From NCBI GenBank assembly GCA_963820825.1, contig CAWGBN010000001.1, positions 15,946 to 79,945 of the forward strand: 64,000 nucleotides of DNA. Direction: 5' to 3'. Under the pieces are notes generated by a model. It was not told the DNA's origin. It saw only the letters and a program-made list of their open reading frames with translations, and did not search any database. Source of the DNA: Vulcanimicrobiota bacterium. Lineage in GTDB: Bacteria; Vulcanimicrobiota; Vulcanimicrobiia; Vulcanimicrobiales; Vulcanimicrobiaceae. This document shows, one piece after another, positions 14,609-23,435 of the stretch (positions are counted from its first letter, which is position 1; each line of letters opens with the position of its first letter). A program made the position numbers and the translations under genes.

Positions 14609-15678
14609 CCCGCGGCCTCGCCGGCAAGAAGCCGCGCGCGCTCGTCGGCGATGAGCTCGTCCGTAATGTGCCCGAGATCGCCGTCCATCACGCCGCGGAT
14701 GTTCCCGAAGCTCCGATTGATCCGGTGATCGGTAATACGGTCTTGCGGAAAGTTATAGGTGCGAATCTTCTCCGAGCGTTCGCCGGTGCCGACCTGCGAG
14801 CGCCGCAACGAGCCGACCGCCTCTTCTTGCTCGCGCCGTTTGCGATCGTAGAGCGTCGCGCGCAACATCGCCATCGCTTTCTCGCGGTTCTGCTGCTGCG
14901 AGCGCTCTTGCTGCGAGGCGACGATGACTCCGCTCGGCACGTGGGTAATGCGAACGGCGGACTCGGTCTTATTGACGTACTGGCCGCCGGCTCCCGACGC
15001 CTTATAGGTATCGATCTGCAGATCGGCCGCTTTGATCTCGATCTCGGCGTCGTCTTCAACTTGGGGAAGAACCGCGACCGTCGCTGTGCTGGTGTGAATC
15101 CGCCCCTGGGCTTCGGTCGCCGGAACGCGCTGGACGCGATGGACGCCCGATTCGTGTTTGAGGTAGCGGTACGGCTCTCTGCCGGTCACCGCGAAGACGA
15201 TCTCCTTATAACCACCGGCCTCGCTCGAGTTCTCCGAGACGAGCTCGGTCTTCATCCCGTTCGCCTCGGCAAAGCGCATGTACATCCGTGCGAGGTCGCC
15301 GGCAAAGATCGCCGCCTCGTCGCCGCCCGTGCCCGCGCGAATCTCGACGAAGACGTCGCGCGCGTCGTTGGGGTCGCGCGGCATCATCAGCGCGGTAAGC
15401 TCGCTCTCGAGCTCGACCGCGCGCTCGCGCAAGCGGGCGTTCTCTTCTTCTGCAAGGGCGCGCAACTCGCCGTCACTCTGACGAGCGAGCACGTCGTTTG
15501 CTTCGATCTCGGCCCGCAGCGCGGCGAGCTTGCGATAGGTTTCGACCGGCGCTTCGAGCTGCGCGCGCTCTTTGACGAGCGCGGTGTAGCGCGATTGGTC
15601 GAAGGCCCCCGCCGGGTTGGCGAGCTGCGCGTCGATCTCGTCGAAGCGCCTCGCCATCGAACGGAGCCGGTCGATCAG
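14605..15678 (-). CDS. prfA: Peptide chain release factor 1 (proposed CTG start at 15678; first ATG at 15657)
   Basis: [21 protein letters not shown] (PxT), GAGGQ, RTYNFPQ. Confidence 0.97.
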
Positions 15679-15947
15679 AGGGCGGCTGCCGCCTTCTTCG
15701 CGTCGCGCGCGGCCTGGCGGGCTGCGGCCTCCTCTTGCTTCCGGCGCGCCGCCGCGGAGCGCTGGTTGAACTTATCGACCCGGCCTGCGGTATCGACGAG
15801 CTTCTGCTGTCCCGTGAAGAGCGGGTGGCAGGCCGCGCAGATCTCGACTGCGATCTCCGGGAGGGTCGAGCCGGTCACGAAAGTGTTGCCACAGGCGCAA
15901 TGCACCTTGGCCTCGGGGTACCATTTAGGATGGATTTTGGTCTTCAC
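15675..15947 (-). CDS. rpmE: 50S ribosomal protein L31 (Cys-containing type)
   Basis: [30 protein letters not shown]. Confidence 0.97.
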   Translation of the reverse strand: MKTKIHPKWYPEAKVHCACGNTFVTGSTLPEIAVEICAACHPLFTGQQKLVDTAGRVDKFNQRSAAARRKQEEAAARQAARDAKKAAAAL

Positions 15948-16116
15948 AGCCCCTGCATTATACCAAGCGTGTCAAAAAGGTCGCTTGCTTGCTAGCGGCG
16001 CGACGTCCTAGGACGGCCTTTCGTTCTAGAGAGGTAAAGGGAGCGGTACTTGGTCGAATGACCCTGTAGGAGAAGCCGTTGCCAGCTACCGCTTTATGGT
16101 GAGGTAAAACTACGCT

Positions 16117-17577
16117 ATGCGTTTCCGTGTGTCCGGCGGTCGGGTCGTTGCCGCAGCACTCTGTCTACCCCTCGTCGCCGGGTGTCGAGCCGGCGGCGGG
16201 GTGCCGTCTCAATCCTTCGTTCCCGCTTACGACGCCGCGAGCCGATCGGCGGCAGAGCCGATGGCAAAAGGGATCGATAAGATAGAGCACGTCGTGATCA
16301 TCGTCCAAGAGAACCGCAGCCTCAATAATTTATTCTACGGCTATCCCGGCGCGAAGACTGCAAAGTACGGACACATCTCGAGCGGGAAGAAAGTGCTGCT
16401 GCAGCCGATTTCGCTCGCAACGTCGTGGGATCTCGAGCATAATAGCGGCGGGTTCATACGCTCGTGCAACGGCACGGGAAGTATTCCCGGCACCGATTGC
16501 CGGATGAACGGCTTCGATAAGCAGACCTGGAGCTGCAACCAGCCAGGGCGGGCGAAGTGCCCGATCGAGTACCCGCCCTATGCCTACGTTCCGCACGACG
16601 AGATTACGCCGTACTTCGATATGGCCAACCAATACGTGCTCGGCGACGAGTTCTACGCCTCGGATTTCGATACGAGCAGCTACATCTCGCATCAGTACAT
16701 CATCGCCGGCATCAACCCCGATCAAGCCGTGAACTATCCCGAAACGGTTTGGGGGTGTCCCGGCGGCAAGCCCGATCGCATCGACCGGCTCGGCCCCGAT
16801 CGTGCGATTACGCTCTTTCCGAAGAACGAGCATCCGTGTTCGGACGTCACGACGCTTGCCGACGAGCTCGACGCGGCCCGCGTAACGTGGAGATTCTACG
16901 CGGCGCCCGTCGGGGTCAACAAAGGCGAGAAACCGTGCGGCAGCGGCAGCGACGTCGGTCCCGATGCCTCGAAGGGGCGGCGCGGCATCTGGAGCGCTTA
17001 CCAAGCGATACGCCACATCTGCTACGGGCCCGATTGGAGTAAGGACGTATTCTCGCCGCCGGCGCGGTTCTTCAACGATCTTTCCCGCGGCAGATTTCAA
17101 AACGTAACCTGGATCACGCCGACCTATGCGAACTCCGACCACGGCGGCTCGGGGTCGAAGAGCGGCCCGTCGTGGGTCGCGTCGCTCGTCAATGCGATCG
17201 GTAAATCGCCGTTCTGGAATTCGACCGCGATCTTTATCTTCTGGGATGATTCCGGCGGATGGTACGACCCCGAAGCGCCGGCATATCTCGATAACGACGG
17301 ACTCGGCTTCCGGCTTCCGTTGCTGATCATCTCTCCGTACGCAAAGAAGGGCCTCGTCTCGCACGAGCATCTCGAGCACGGCAGCATTTTGAGATTCATC
17401 GAGAACCGCTTCGGTCTGGCCCAGCTTGCCGCGAGCGACTCGCGCGCGAAGTCGCCGCAGCTCTGCTGCTTCGACTTCTCCAAGCCGCCGCGCAAATTCG
17501 TCCCGATCAAAGCTCCGCTGGGTCAGAGTTACTTCATGACGCAGCCGCTCGACATGCAACCGCCCGACAGCGATTAA
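16117..17577 (+). CDS. Secreted phosphoesterase / phospholipase C family lipoprotein
   Basis: Lipobox-like LVAGC; KIEHVVIIVQENRS, FWDDSGGWYD, GFRLPLLIISPYAK. Confidence 0.9.
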   Translation: MRFRVSGGRVVAAALCLPLVAGCRAGGGVPSQSFVPAYDAASRSAAEPMAKGIDKIEHVVIIVQENRSLNNLFYGYPGAKTAKYGHISSGKKVLLQPISLATSWDLEHNSGGFIRSCNGTGSIPGTDCRMNGFDKQTWSCNQPGRAKCPIEYPPYAYVPHDEITPYFDMANQYVLGDEFYASDFDTSSYISHQYIIAGINPDQAVNYPETVWGCPGGKPDRIDRLGPDRAITLFPKNEHPCSDVTTLADELDAARVTWRFYAAPVGVNKGEKPCGSGSDVGPDASKGRRGIWSAYQAIRHICYGPDWSKDVFSPPARFFNDLSRGRFQNVTWITPTYANSDHGGSGSKSGPSWVASLVNAIGKSPFWNSTAIFIFWDDSGGWYDPEAPAYLDNDGLGFRLPLLIISPYAKKGLVSHEHLEHGSILRFIENRFGLAQLAASDSRAKSPQLCCFDFSKPPRKFVPIKAPLGQSYFMTQPLDMQPPDSD

Positions 17578-17622
17578 AGCACGTGCGAACAGGAGGCGCA
17601 TACGCGCCTCCCAAAGCCACCG

Positions 17623-18244
17623 ATGGTGAAAGCCCCCAGTTTTTTTGCAGCCGCGCTGACCGGCACCGCCGCCGGCATCGTTCTCTTCCTCGCGAACTCT
17701 CCCGGCGCAGCGTCCGGCAGCCGCCGCGACACCGCCGCCGACGCCGCCGCCGATCGGCACGCCGTCGACGCCGGCACCGAATAGCGATCTCGCACTCCCG
17801 GCGGTCACGCCCTCGCCGGCACCCGGCGCGTCGGCCACCGCGCCTAAGTCGAGACCGGCCGCCCCCGCCGATGCCCGCAAGGGACTCAACGGGGTCTGGG
17901 AGGTGCAGATCCAGCGTCCAAGTGCAACGGATTACACGCACTTTCAGTTGTCGCAGGACGGCGGCGCCCTAACCGGTGTCTACCTCGACACGCACGGAAA
18001 GAAGTATCCGCTCTCCGGCTCCGTCGACGGCCAAGCGATTCGACTGATCGTGACGCTGCCGGGCGGAACGACGCTCTTACTCGAGGGCAGACTCGACGGT
18101 ACAACCGACATGGTCGGAATGCTCACCGCACCCGACGGGCAAGTGCCGTTTACCGCCGCCTATCGCGCGAAAGAGAAGTGGATCGAGAACGTCAATCCCT
18201 CACCGGGCGGCATCCCGCAACCCGGCTCGTACACGCCCCCCTAA
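17623..18244 (+). pseudogene. Secreted Pro-rich hypothetical protein; frameshift near 17716 (probable sequencing error)
   Basis: Signal peptide MVKAPSFFAAALTGTAAGIVLFLA in frame 1; Pro-rich linker continuing into ORF 17903-18244 in frame 2. Confidence 0.7.
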
Positions 18245-18247
18245 CGC

Positions 18248-18754
18248 TCACGTCGCTCTTGCTAGGCGCGCCTCGACGTACGGGACGAGGCCGCCGGCGT
18301 CGATGAGCGCGCGCATGAACGGCGGGAACTCGGCCGCACGATACTCCGTTCCGCGCGTGAGGTTGCGAACGATCCCGCTGGCCGGCTCGAGCTCGATCTC
18401 GTCGCCGGATTCGATTCCCTCCACCGCTTCGGCCGATTCGAAGATCGGCAGGCCGATGTTGAGCGCGTTACGATAGAAGATTCGCGCGAAGCTCTTTGCG
18501 ACGACCGCCGCCGTTCCGGAGGCCTTGATCGCAATCGGCGCTACTTCGCGGCTCGAGCCGCAGCCGAAGTTCGTATCGGCGACGATAATATCGCCCGGCT
18601 TCATGCGCGTCGCGTACTCGGGATCGAGCCCCTCGAGCGCGTGCTTCCCGAGCTCGGCGTGATCGATGATGTTGCAGTATTTGCCGGGTATGATAACGTC
18701 GGTATCGACGTTCTTTCCGTACTTGTGGGCGTGACCGCGCAGCGTCGATTCCAT
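18248..18754 (-). CDS. leuD: 3-isopropylmalate dehydratase / homoaconitase small subunit
   Basis: NVDTDVIIP, NFGCGSSRE, SFARIFYRNALNIGLP. Confidence 0.92.
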   Translation of the reverse strand: MESTLRGHAHKYGKNVDTDVIIPGKYCNIIDHAELGKHALEGLDPEYATRMKPGDIIVADTNFGCGSSREVAPIAIKASGTAAVVAKSFARIFYRNALNIGLPIFESAEAVEGIESGDEIELEPASGIVRNLTRGTEYRAAEFPPFMRALIDAGGLVPYVEARLARAT

Positions 18755-20038
18755 TTACACCGCCACCATTTCCGCGACGCGCGGATCGGTGATCCGGCCG
18801 GTGAGCGCCGAGGCGGCGCACGTCGCCGGCGAGGCGAGATAGATCTCGGCCTTCGGTGACCCCATGCGCCCCACGTAGTTGCGGTTCGTGGTCGAGATCG
18901 CGCGCTCGCCGTCGCCGAGCGTTCCCATGTGTCCGCCAAAACAGGCGCCGCAGCCCGGCGTGTTGACCGCGCATCCCGCCGCCGCCAGCGCCGTGAGCAC
19001 GCCCTCTTGCGCCGCTTGCATCCAGACCTTCTGTGAGCCGGGATTGACGATCACGCGCAGATTCGGGGCGATCCGCTTGCCATCGAGGATCTTCGCAACG
19101 ATGCGCAGGTCGTCGATGTAGCCGTTGGTGCAGGAGCCGATAAAGACTTGATCGACCGGCAGATCCCTACCCGCAACTTCGGAGATCGGGTGGACGTTAT
19201 CGGGCGTGTGCGGACAGGCGATTTGCGGCTCGAGGTCGCCGATGTCGATCGAGATCGTGCGTTCGTAGACCGCGTCGTCGTCGGCCCGCTCGACGACGAA
19301 CGGGCGGTCCGTTCGCTCCTTGACGTATGCGATCGTCTTGGCATCGGCGTGGAAGATGCCGTTCTTGGCTCCCGCTTCGATCGCCATGTTGGCCATCGTG
19401 ATCCGGCCGGTAATCGAGAGCTCGTCGACGGTCGAACCGTGATACTCGATCGCGCGATACGTCGCGCCGTCGATTCCCAACTCGCCGACGGTGCGGAGCA
19501 TGATGTCCTTTGCGAAGACCATCGGACCGGGCGTGCCGGTGTAAACGATCTTGATCGAAGCCGGAACCTTGAGCCAGACTTCGCCGAGAACGAACGCCGC
19601 GGCGATGTCGGTCGAGCCCATTCCGGTCGCGAACGCGCCGAAGGCGCCGTAGGTGCAGGTGTGCGAGTCGCCCCCGACGATCAGCTCTCCGGGCGCAACG
19701 AGTCCCTCCTCGGGGAGCACCACGTGCTCGATGCCGCCGCGTCCCACGTCGAAGAAATGCTCGACGCCTTGCTCGTTGGCAAAGTCTTTCATCAGTCGAG
19801 CGAGGCCGGCGGATTGCGCGTCCTTCGCCGGAACGAAGTGGTCGGCGACCAGGGCGATCTTGCTTGGATCGAAGACGCGCGAAGCGCCTTTCATCTTTCG
19901 CATCACGCCGATCGCGACGGCGGCGGAGAGCTCGTTGGCCAACACGAGATCGACTTTCGCATTGATGATCTGCCCGGGTTCGACGCCCGCGAGGCCGGCG
20001 TGGCGTGCCAGGATCTTTTCGGTGAGTGTCATGCCCAT
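18755..20038 (-). CDS. leuC: 3-isopropylmalate dehydratase / homoaconitase large subunit (short type)
   Basis: MTLTEKIL, GDSHTCTYGA, IGSCTNG, GCGACFG, STTNRNY.GRMG. Confidence 0.92.
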   Translation of the reverse strand: MGMTLTEKILARHAGLAGVEPGQIINAKVDLVLANELSAAVAIGVMRKMKGASRVFDPSKIALVADHFVPAKDAQSAGLARLMKDFANEQGVEHFFDVGRGGIEHVVLPEEGLVAPGELIVGGDSHTCTYGAFGAFATGMGSTDIAAAFVLGEVWLKVPASIKIVYTGTPGPMVFAKDIMLRTVGELGIDGATYRAIEYHGSTVDELSITGRITMANMAIEAGAKNGIFHADAKTIAYVKERTDRPFVVERADDDAVYERTISIDIGDLEPQIACPHTPDNVHPISEVAGRDLPVDQVFIGSCTNGYIDDLRIVAKILDGKRIAPNLRVIVNPGSQKVWMQAAQEGVLTALAAAGCAVNTPGCGACFGGHMGTLGDGERAISTTNRNYVGRMGSPKAEIYLASPATCAASALTGRITDPRVAEMVAV

Positions 20039-20076
20039 GATACGAACATTATAGGGCGAAGTAAGGGCCCCTACCG

Positions 20077-21321
20077 ATGATAGAGCACGACCGGGAATTC
20101 GGCTTCGCAACGCGAGCGCTCCACGCCGGTACGCCGCCCGACCCGGCGACCGGATCGCGTGCCGTACCGATCTACCAAACGGCCGCGTACGTTTTCAGCT
20201 CGACCGAGCAGGCGGCGGAGCTCTTCGCATTGCGCAGCTACGGACACATCTACAGCCGCATCAGCAATCCAACCGTCGCCGCATTCGAAGAACGCATGGC
20301 GAGCCTCGAAGGGGGGCTCGGGGCGGTTGCCTTCTCGAGCGGCCTGGCGACGCAGCTCTGCATGATCCTGGCTCTCGCCGAGGCCGGCGACCATATCGTC
20401 TGCACGCAGAACGTCTACGGCGGCACCGTTACACAGCTCAGCGTTACGGTGAAGCGCATGGGGATCGCGACGACGTTCGTTCCGGCCGAGGATCTCGACG
20501 CGGTGTGCGATGCGATCCGGCCCGAGACGAAGATGCTCTTCGTCGAAACGATCGGCAATCCGTCGGGCGTCGTCGCCGATCTGCGCGCTTTCGCGTCGCT
20601 CGCACACGACGCCGGGATACCGCTCGCCGTCGACAATACCTTTGCAACCCCGTACCTCTGCCGGCCGATCGAGCACGGCGCGGATATCGTCGTGCACTCG
20701 GCGACGAAATTCATCAACGGTCATGGAACGGCGATCGGCGGCGTGCTGATCGAGTCGGGAACCTTTCCGTGGGGAGAGGGACGCTTTCCGCTTCTCTCCG
20801 AGCCGAGCCCGGGATATCACGAGAAAGTCTTCACCGAAACGTTCGGCGAGTATGCGTTCCTGATGCGCGCGCGCGCGGAAGTCTTACGCGACGTTGGCGC
20901 GCAGATGGCGCCAATGGACGCGTGGCTGCTCCTTCTCGGCCTCGAGACGCTGGCGCTGCGCATGGAACGTCACGTGCAGAACGCGCGCGCCATCGCTGCG
21001 TTTCTGCAGGCTCGGCCTGAAGTCGCTTGGGTGCGGACGCCGGAGCTCGGATCGATCTTTACCTTCGGACTGCGCGGCGGGCGCGACGCCGCGCGACGTT
21101 TCATCGATGCACTCGAACTTTGGAGTCATCTCGCCAACGTGGGCGATTCCAAGAGTCTGGTCATCCATCCGGCCTCGACGACCCACTCCCAGCTCTCCGA
21201 CGACGAGCTTCGCAAGGCCGGCGTCGAGCCCGAATCGGTTCGCCTCTCCGTCGGACTCGAAGAGGTCGACGATCTTACTTGGGACTTGGGCAACGCGCTG
21301 GAACGATCCCAGCGACGATGA
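20077..21321 (+). CDS. metY: O-acetylhomoserine aminocarboxypropyltransferase (sulfhydrylase)
   Basis: RAVPIYQT, YSRISNPT, VDNTFATP, HSATKF (PLP lysine), HLANVGD, HPASTTHSQL. Confidence 0.93.
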   Translation: MIEHDREFGFATRALHAGTPPDPATGSRAVPIYQTAAYVFSSTEQAAELFALRSYGHIYSRISNPTVAAFEERMASLEGGLGAVAFSSGLATQLCMILALAEAGDHIVCTQNVYGGTVTQLSVTVKRMGIATTFVPAEDLDAVCDAIRPETKMLFVETIGNPSGVVADLRAFASLAHDAGIPLAVDNTFATPYLCRPIEHGADIVVHSATKFINGHGTAIGGVLIESGTFPWGEGRFPLLSEPSPGYHEKVFTETFGEYAFLMRARAEVLRDVGAQMAPMDAWLLLLGLETLALRMERHVQNARAIAAFLQARPEVAWVRTPELGSIFTFGLRGGRDAARRFIDALELWSHLANVGDSKSLVIHPASTTHSQLSDDELRKAGVEPESVRLSVGLEEVDDLTWDLGNALERSQRR

Positions 21322-21824
21322 TTCTTACGACGCCCGCCGCGCGCCGCGAGCTGTTATCGCAAGCGCGCACGATTGCCGTGGTCGGCGCATCGGCCAATCC
21401 GCTGCGTCCGAGCTACACGGTCTTCTCCTATCTTCGCCGGCAACCCGAGTACGAGGTGACGCCGATCAACCCCACGCTCGACGCGATCGACGGCCTCGCC
21501 GCTTTTCCGTCCCTGAGTGCGTACGCGGCAGCGCACGGCGCTCCCGATGTCGTCGACGTCTTTCGCCGGCCGAGCGAACTCCTCGCCATCGTCAACGAAG
21601 CGATCGCGATCGGCGCAAAGGCGATCTGGCTTCAATACGGCGTGGTCAACGACGAGGCGATTGGCCTCGCCGACCGCGCCGGGATGGACGTCGTCGTCGA
21701 TCGCTGCATGAAGGTCGAGCACGCGCGATTCAACGGCGGACTCTCGATCAGCGGCCTGAACAGCGGTATCATCACGTCGCGTTGGAGGCCTAACAGCGGG
21801 CGGTCTAGGGAGAATGCGCCGTAG
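21318..21824 (+). CDS. CoA-binding protein (YccU-like)
   Basis: IAVVGASANPLRPS, DVVDVFRR, IWLQYGV, DRCMKVEH; ATGA overlap with metY. Confidence 0.92.
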   Translation: MILTTPAARRELLSQARTIAVVGASANPLRPSYTVFSYLRRQPEYEVTPINPTLDAIDGLAAFPSLSAYAAAHGAPDVVDVFRRPSELLAIVNEAIAIGAKAIWLQYGVVNDEAIGLADRAGMDVVVDRCMKVEHARFNGGLSISGLNSGIITSRWRPNSGRSRENAP

Positions 21825-21894
21825 GACTTTCGTGATCCGTTCGCGCTGCATCGCGCCACCGGCGGGGTAGGCAGACTCGTGCCACGAAGGGCGA

Positions 21895-21927
21895 GCCTCG
21901 CCCGCGAGTCTTGCCCGCGGGCGAGGC
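21895..21927. terminator. Hairpin between convergent genes (probable terminator)
   Basis: GCCTCGCCCGCG...CGCGGGCGAGGC, 12-bp stem. Confidence 0.55.
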
Positions 21928-21939
21928 GGAAGGAATAAA

Positions 21940-22944
21940 CTACTTCTTCGAGGCCGGGTCGAGTGCGACTCCGTAAGCGGAGTACGCTTGAATACCTGTC
22001 GTTATCGAATACTCGTACGTACCCGCCGGGTACGCGTAGACATCGACGGCGTTGTTGGTTTGCTCGCTGACGTAAAGATGCTTGTTCTTTGCATCTACCG
22101 CACTGTAAACACAAAATGGCTGCGTCGTAATCGTCAGCTTTGGAGCGCCGTCGTAGGGAGGTGCATAGATTGCGATGTTGTATGTGTTCGTCACGAGCAG
22201 ATTATCATCACGGTCAAAAGATAGCCCTACGGGGCCGTAAAGCCCCGACAGGGACAGTTGCTTGCCGCGCTTGTTCTTTCCGTGCGGGTATTCGATGATG
22301 GGTGTTCCTGAGTCAAAGACATCCCCGGATCCATTGACGGCGAGGCCGAAGCCGCTGCCGTGATACAGGTTAAGCTCGCCGGTCGGTGACGTGGCGCCAT
22401 TCTTATAAACCTCGATATTTCCCGTACTCGCATTGCCGACGTACACGGTATTGCTCTTGTTGTCGATAGCAACGGAGCCGACGTCGCCGTTTGGATCAGT
22501 CAGCGTGGGTCCGCGTGCTCCGCAATCTGGAGCGAACGTTGCGACATCGTGCGTTGAATTGTCGTTATACGGAACGTAGAGAATTCGATGCGCATCCACC
22601 GCAATGCCGCTCACGCCGCTGTAACGGTCCGGTACATCGCTGCAGCGCGGTCCGTGATTCTTTTTGTCCGGTACGCCATATTCGGCAACCGTACCCGCGC
22701 TAAATTCACCGATGTACAATCCACCCGGCGGTATTACGTCGCCTCGGATGGCGCCTAAAAGCGGACGAGCGGCGCGTTGCGAGGTTCCCGAGCGCAGTGG
22801 AGACTGTTGGCCGCGCTGCGTTCCGAGGGTTGCGAGTCCGCCGATCGGAATCGCTCCGCCTTGAGAACTGCCACTCGAACAACCCGCTAGCGATATGAGT
22901 AATGCCGCCGCGGTCAGCATGCAGCTTCGGTAAGAAATGGTCAT
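21940..22944 (-). CDS. Lipoprotein with NHL/beta-propeller-like repeats
   Basis: Lipobox LAGC; repeated GIAVD..LYV / VAID..VYVGN / GLSFD..LLV blades; visibly more AT-rich than flanks. Confidence 0.8.
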   Translation of the reverse strand: MTISYRSCMLTAAALLISLAGCSSGSSQGGAIPIGGLATLGTQRGQQSPLRSGTSQRAARPLLGAIRGDVIPPGGLYIGEFSAGTVAEYGVPDKKNHGPRCSDVPDRYSGVSGIAVDAHRILYVPYNDNSTHDVATFAPDCGARGPTLTDPNGDVGSVAIDNKSNTVYVGNASTGNIEVYKNGATSPTGELNLYHGSGFGLAVNGSGDVFDSGTPIIEYPHGKNKRGKQLSLSGLYGPVGLSFDRDDNLLVTNTYNIAIYAPPYDGAPKLTITTQPFCVYSAVDAKNKHLYVSEQTNNAVDVYAYPAGTYEYSITTGIQAYSAYGVALDPASKK

Positions 22945-22956
22945 AGTCGTAACTCC

Positions 22957-23307
22957 TCAAGTGAGCTTGGGCGCTAGTGAATAAAAGGCGTAGCCGGGGT
23001 AAACTCCGAGCTTCGGCGTAAAACACGACGCCGACGTCGCACCGGCCGCCGGGCTTCGTACAGATAAATGTGGCTCCATTTGAAACGCGGGACTTCCAAC
23101 GAAAACGAGGGTTCCCGACGGCCCGGGGATCCGTGAAGCTCGGCCTTGCGGGGCTCCGACCGGAAAAGGCGGGCGTTCGGATGAGCGGCGTCCCACGCCC
23201 GATTGCGCAAGCGACGTCGGTGTCGTCCGCGAGCTTCCACCGTAACCGGCGGGGGCAAATGCGATCGATGCGGCAGGTGCGCCGGCCGGAGGTTTAGAGA
23301 TACGCAT
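22957..23307 (-). pseudogene. Probable decayed lipoprotein gene remnant
   Basis: GGAG plus ATG; MRISKPPAGAPAASIAFAPAGYGGSS resembles a lipoprotein leader with Pro in hydrophobic positions and Tyr at the lipobox Cys. Confidence 0.4.
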
Positions 23308-23435
23308 GGTCCGAGTTCTCCTGCAAATCCGATCGAGGGCTTCGGTACTTGATTCAATCTTGCGCCCGCGGAGGGAATCGTTCCAGGTACACCCGTACAG
23401 CTTATCTATACAGTTTGAATACAGCTGGAGGCGCG

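Noticed and set aside
15957..15975. TTGACA and TATAAT upstream of rpmE as a full consensus promoter
   Set aside because: They are only 7 bp apart, so they cannot be a -35/-10 pair; only the extended -10 is retained.
22945..23435. Riboswitch, tRNA or other ncRNA in the long gap
   Set aside because: No recognisable consensus; better explained by a decayed ORF plus regulatory DNA.
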